A DNA stretch of 54,595 bases from an uncultured bacterium (lineage in GTDB: Bacteria; Planctomycetota; UBA1135; UBA2386): the NCBI GenBank assembly GCA_963974725.1, contig CAXBFC010000002.1, positions 1-54,595 of the forward strand, in the 5' to 3' direction. The first letter of the stretch is position 1. Every line of letters starts with the position of its first letter. Shown here one piece after another: positions 53,503-54,595 of this stretch. The notes beneath the pieces were generated by a model that was not told the DNA's origin, did not search any database, and was given only the letters and a program-made list of their open reading frames with translations. The position numbers were made by a program, and so were the translations under genes.

Positions 53503-54595
53503 AGAGCACCTCCTCGTACTGCGATGCCGAGTTTGCTTGCACCGATGGACCGGCATATTCGATCACTCCGACTACTGGTCGTCGCTCCTCTTGGCGACAT
53601 CCCAAGTGGTATCGGATCGTCGGCAACGACACTGGGCCTTCGAGCAATGTTGCTTTGACTGCGCTTGTGGTTGCATCGTTGCCGTAGTGCTCGGTGAGCA
53701 TCAGAGTCGCGACGAATGACTTGGATCCTTCGACCTCCCCTTCTCTTTGACGAAGTGCCGCGAGCAGTTGTGTCCAGCACGTGCCTGCGTTTGCCAGCCA
53801 CTGTTGCACTGGCACCGCGCGATCGAGGCCGCGGTGCTTCCTCTCAAGAAGTGGCAAGTAGTGCACCAATTCGAGCACCATCTTGTCTCGGCCATAGCTG
53901 CGAGCATGCTTCGCGACTTCGACGCGCCCGTAAGTGATCGTGATTGTCTCGGCCGCAATTTTCACCACCACAATGCTGCCCACCAAGCGCACCGGGACGG
54001 AGTAGTAGTTGCGTCCCAATTGCACCCACGAACGATTCGACACGCTCGCGGATCGAGTAGTCGCGGCATCGAAAGCCCGCGTTGGCAGTGGCATCAGATG
54101 CTGCTGCTCAAGGTGCCAGTTCTCACCGATTGTCGCGGTACATCCGGTTACCGTGCGATTCATCTCGGCTGCCGCTAGCGCGTCCAATCGTTCTTGCACG
54201 CCAGCACGGCCATCGACGGTTGGGATCGGTGAAAACACTTCGCTGCGTGTCCACTTGACGTCGTTTTCGACGCCACCCTTTTCGTTGCCTTTGCCTGGGC
54301 TGCAAAACTCAGCCTTGAAGCCGTAGTGCGCCTGGAAGACTTCGAAGCCTCGCTGCACTTCACGGTGGCGTCCACTCAGCACTTTGCGCACGGCTGGCGT
54401 GAGGTTGTCAAACCACATGTGCTCGAACACGCCGCCGAAAAACTCGAAGGCCTGCATCAAGCCTTCGAGCAAGGCTTCGCGCGTCTGGTTTGGCGAAGCG
54501 TAGCGATACGTTCGCCGTGAGTGGCACGCGCGCACGATCAGCACGAACACCTTGATGCGCCCTTCATGGATGTCGTCCACGACGCTCTCCATGAA
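53495..54595 (-). CDS. istA: IS21 transposase IstA, N-terminus outside the window
   Basis: The frame is open to the window edge. The product has the IstA-like DDE/C-terminal region (WFDNLTPAV, FCSPGKGNEKGGVE, YYSVP). Confidence 0.85.
   Translation of the reverse strand, partial: FMESVVDDIHEGRIKVFVLIVRACHSRRTYRYASPNQTREALLEGLMQAFEFFGGVFEHMWFDNLTPAVRKVLSGRHREVQRGFEVFQAHYGFKAEFCSPGKGNEKGGVENDVKWTRSEVFSPIPTVDGRAGVQERLDALAAAEMNRTVTGCTATIGENWHLEQQHLMPLPTRAFDAATTRSASVSNRSWVQLGRNYYSVPVRLVGSIVVVKIAAETITITYGRVEVAKHARSYGRDKMVLELVHYLPLLERKHRGLDRAVPVQQWLANAGTCWTQLLAALRQREGEVEGSKSFVATLMLTEHYGNDATTSAVKATLLEGPVSLPTIRYHLGCRQEERRPVVGVIEYAGPSVQANSASQYEEVLCG

Larger units (their letters stand above)
52550..54595 (-). 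mobile_element. IS21-family insertion sequence (istA-istB), partial; continues beyond the window
   Basis: It has the istA/istB gene pair with the typical overlap, and terminal multi-repeats next to istB. The left boundary is approximate (plus or minus about 20 bp). The other end is outside the window. Confidence 0.8.

Overview
This is a GC-rich, densely coding bacterial chromosomal segment of 54.6 kb. About 45 genes can be supported from the sequence. I saw no rRNA, tRNA or CRISPR array by eye. Many gene junctions are 4-nt ATGA or GTGA start/stop overlaps (7368, 8150-8153, 21232-21235, 31323-31326, 41352-41355, 42131-42134, 43450-43453, 45254-45257), which points to tight operons. From left to right the content is: pepP (5' partial), an EI24/CysZ-like membrane protein and a Usp protein; a PLP dehydratase and a GH63-like hydrolase; a GT4, GT2-like and pseudouridine synthase operon; an acyl-CoA ligase; an orphan methyltransferase with unusual motif order; MtfA; two paralogous PD40-propeller/PstS-like fusion proteins flanking a DinB gene; a fused TPP E1 alpha/beta gene coupled to a FabD-like acyltransferase; a secreted alpha/beta hydrolase; two paralogous pentaheme cytochromes (24-25.6 kb and 48.7-51 kb); a prenyltransferase-repeat protein; a RumA-like rRNA methyltransferase; an ECF sigma, RskA-like anti-sigma and CarH-like B12 sensor operon; a PQQ-like propeller; fasciclin and CIA30 proteins; a 9-kb lipid-modification island (SRPBCC, SDR/DUF2867, CFA-synthase-like x2, DUF1365, flavoprotein, desaturase, DUF1295); an S46 peptidase; and a region that looks lower in GC, with a transposase fragment and a partial IS21 element at the right edge. 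The strongest leads are these. (1) Two genes are each split by a single in-frame TGA that sits where the redox-active Cys of a thioredoxin-fold or Prx-like2 protein would be. Each TGA is followed by a hairpin with a GU-containing loop at the same distance, so both are candidate selenoproteins. (2) The ECF sigma/anti-sigma pair is co-operonic with a B12 photoreceptor-type module (Wx9EH plus the His-ligand loop) that lacks any DNA-binding domain. This may be a light-to-ECF signalling module, and it lies near a singlet-oxygen-type lipid modification cluster. (3) A 91-bp perfect palindrome lies at 2632-2722. All family assignments rest on motif recognition by eye, and no database search was possible.
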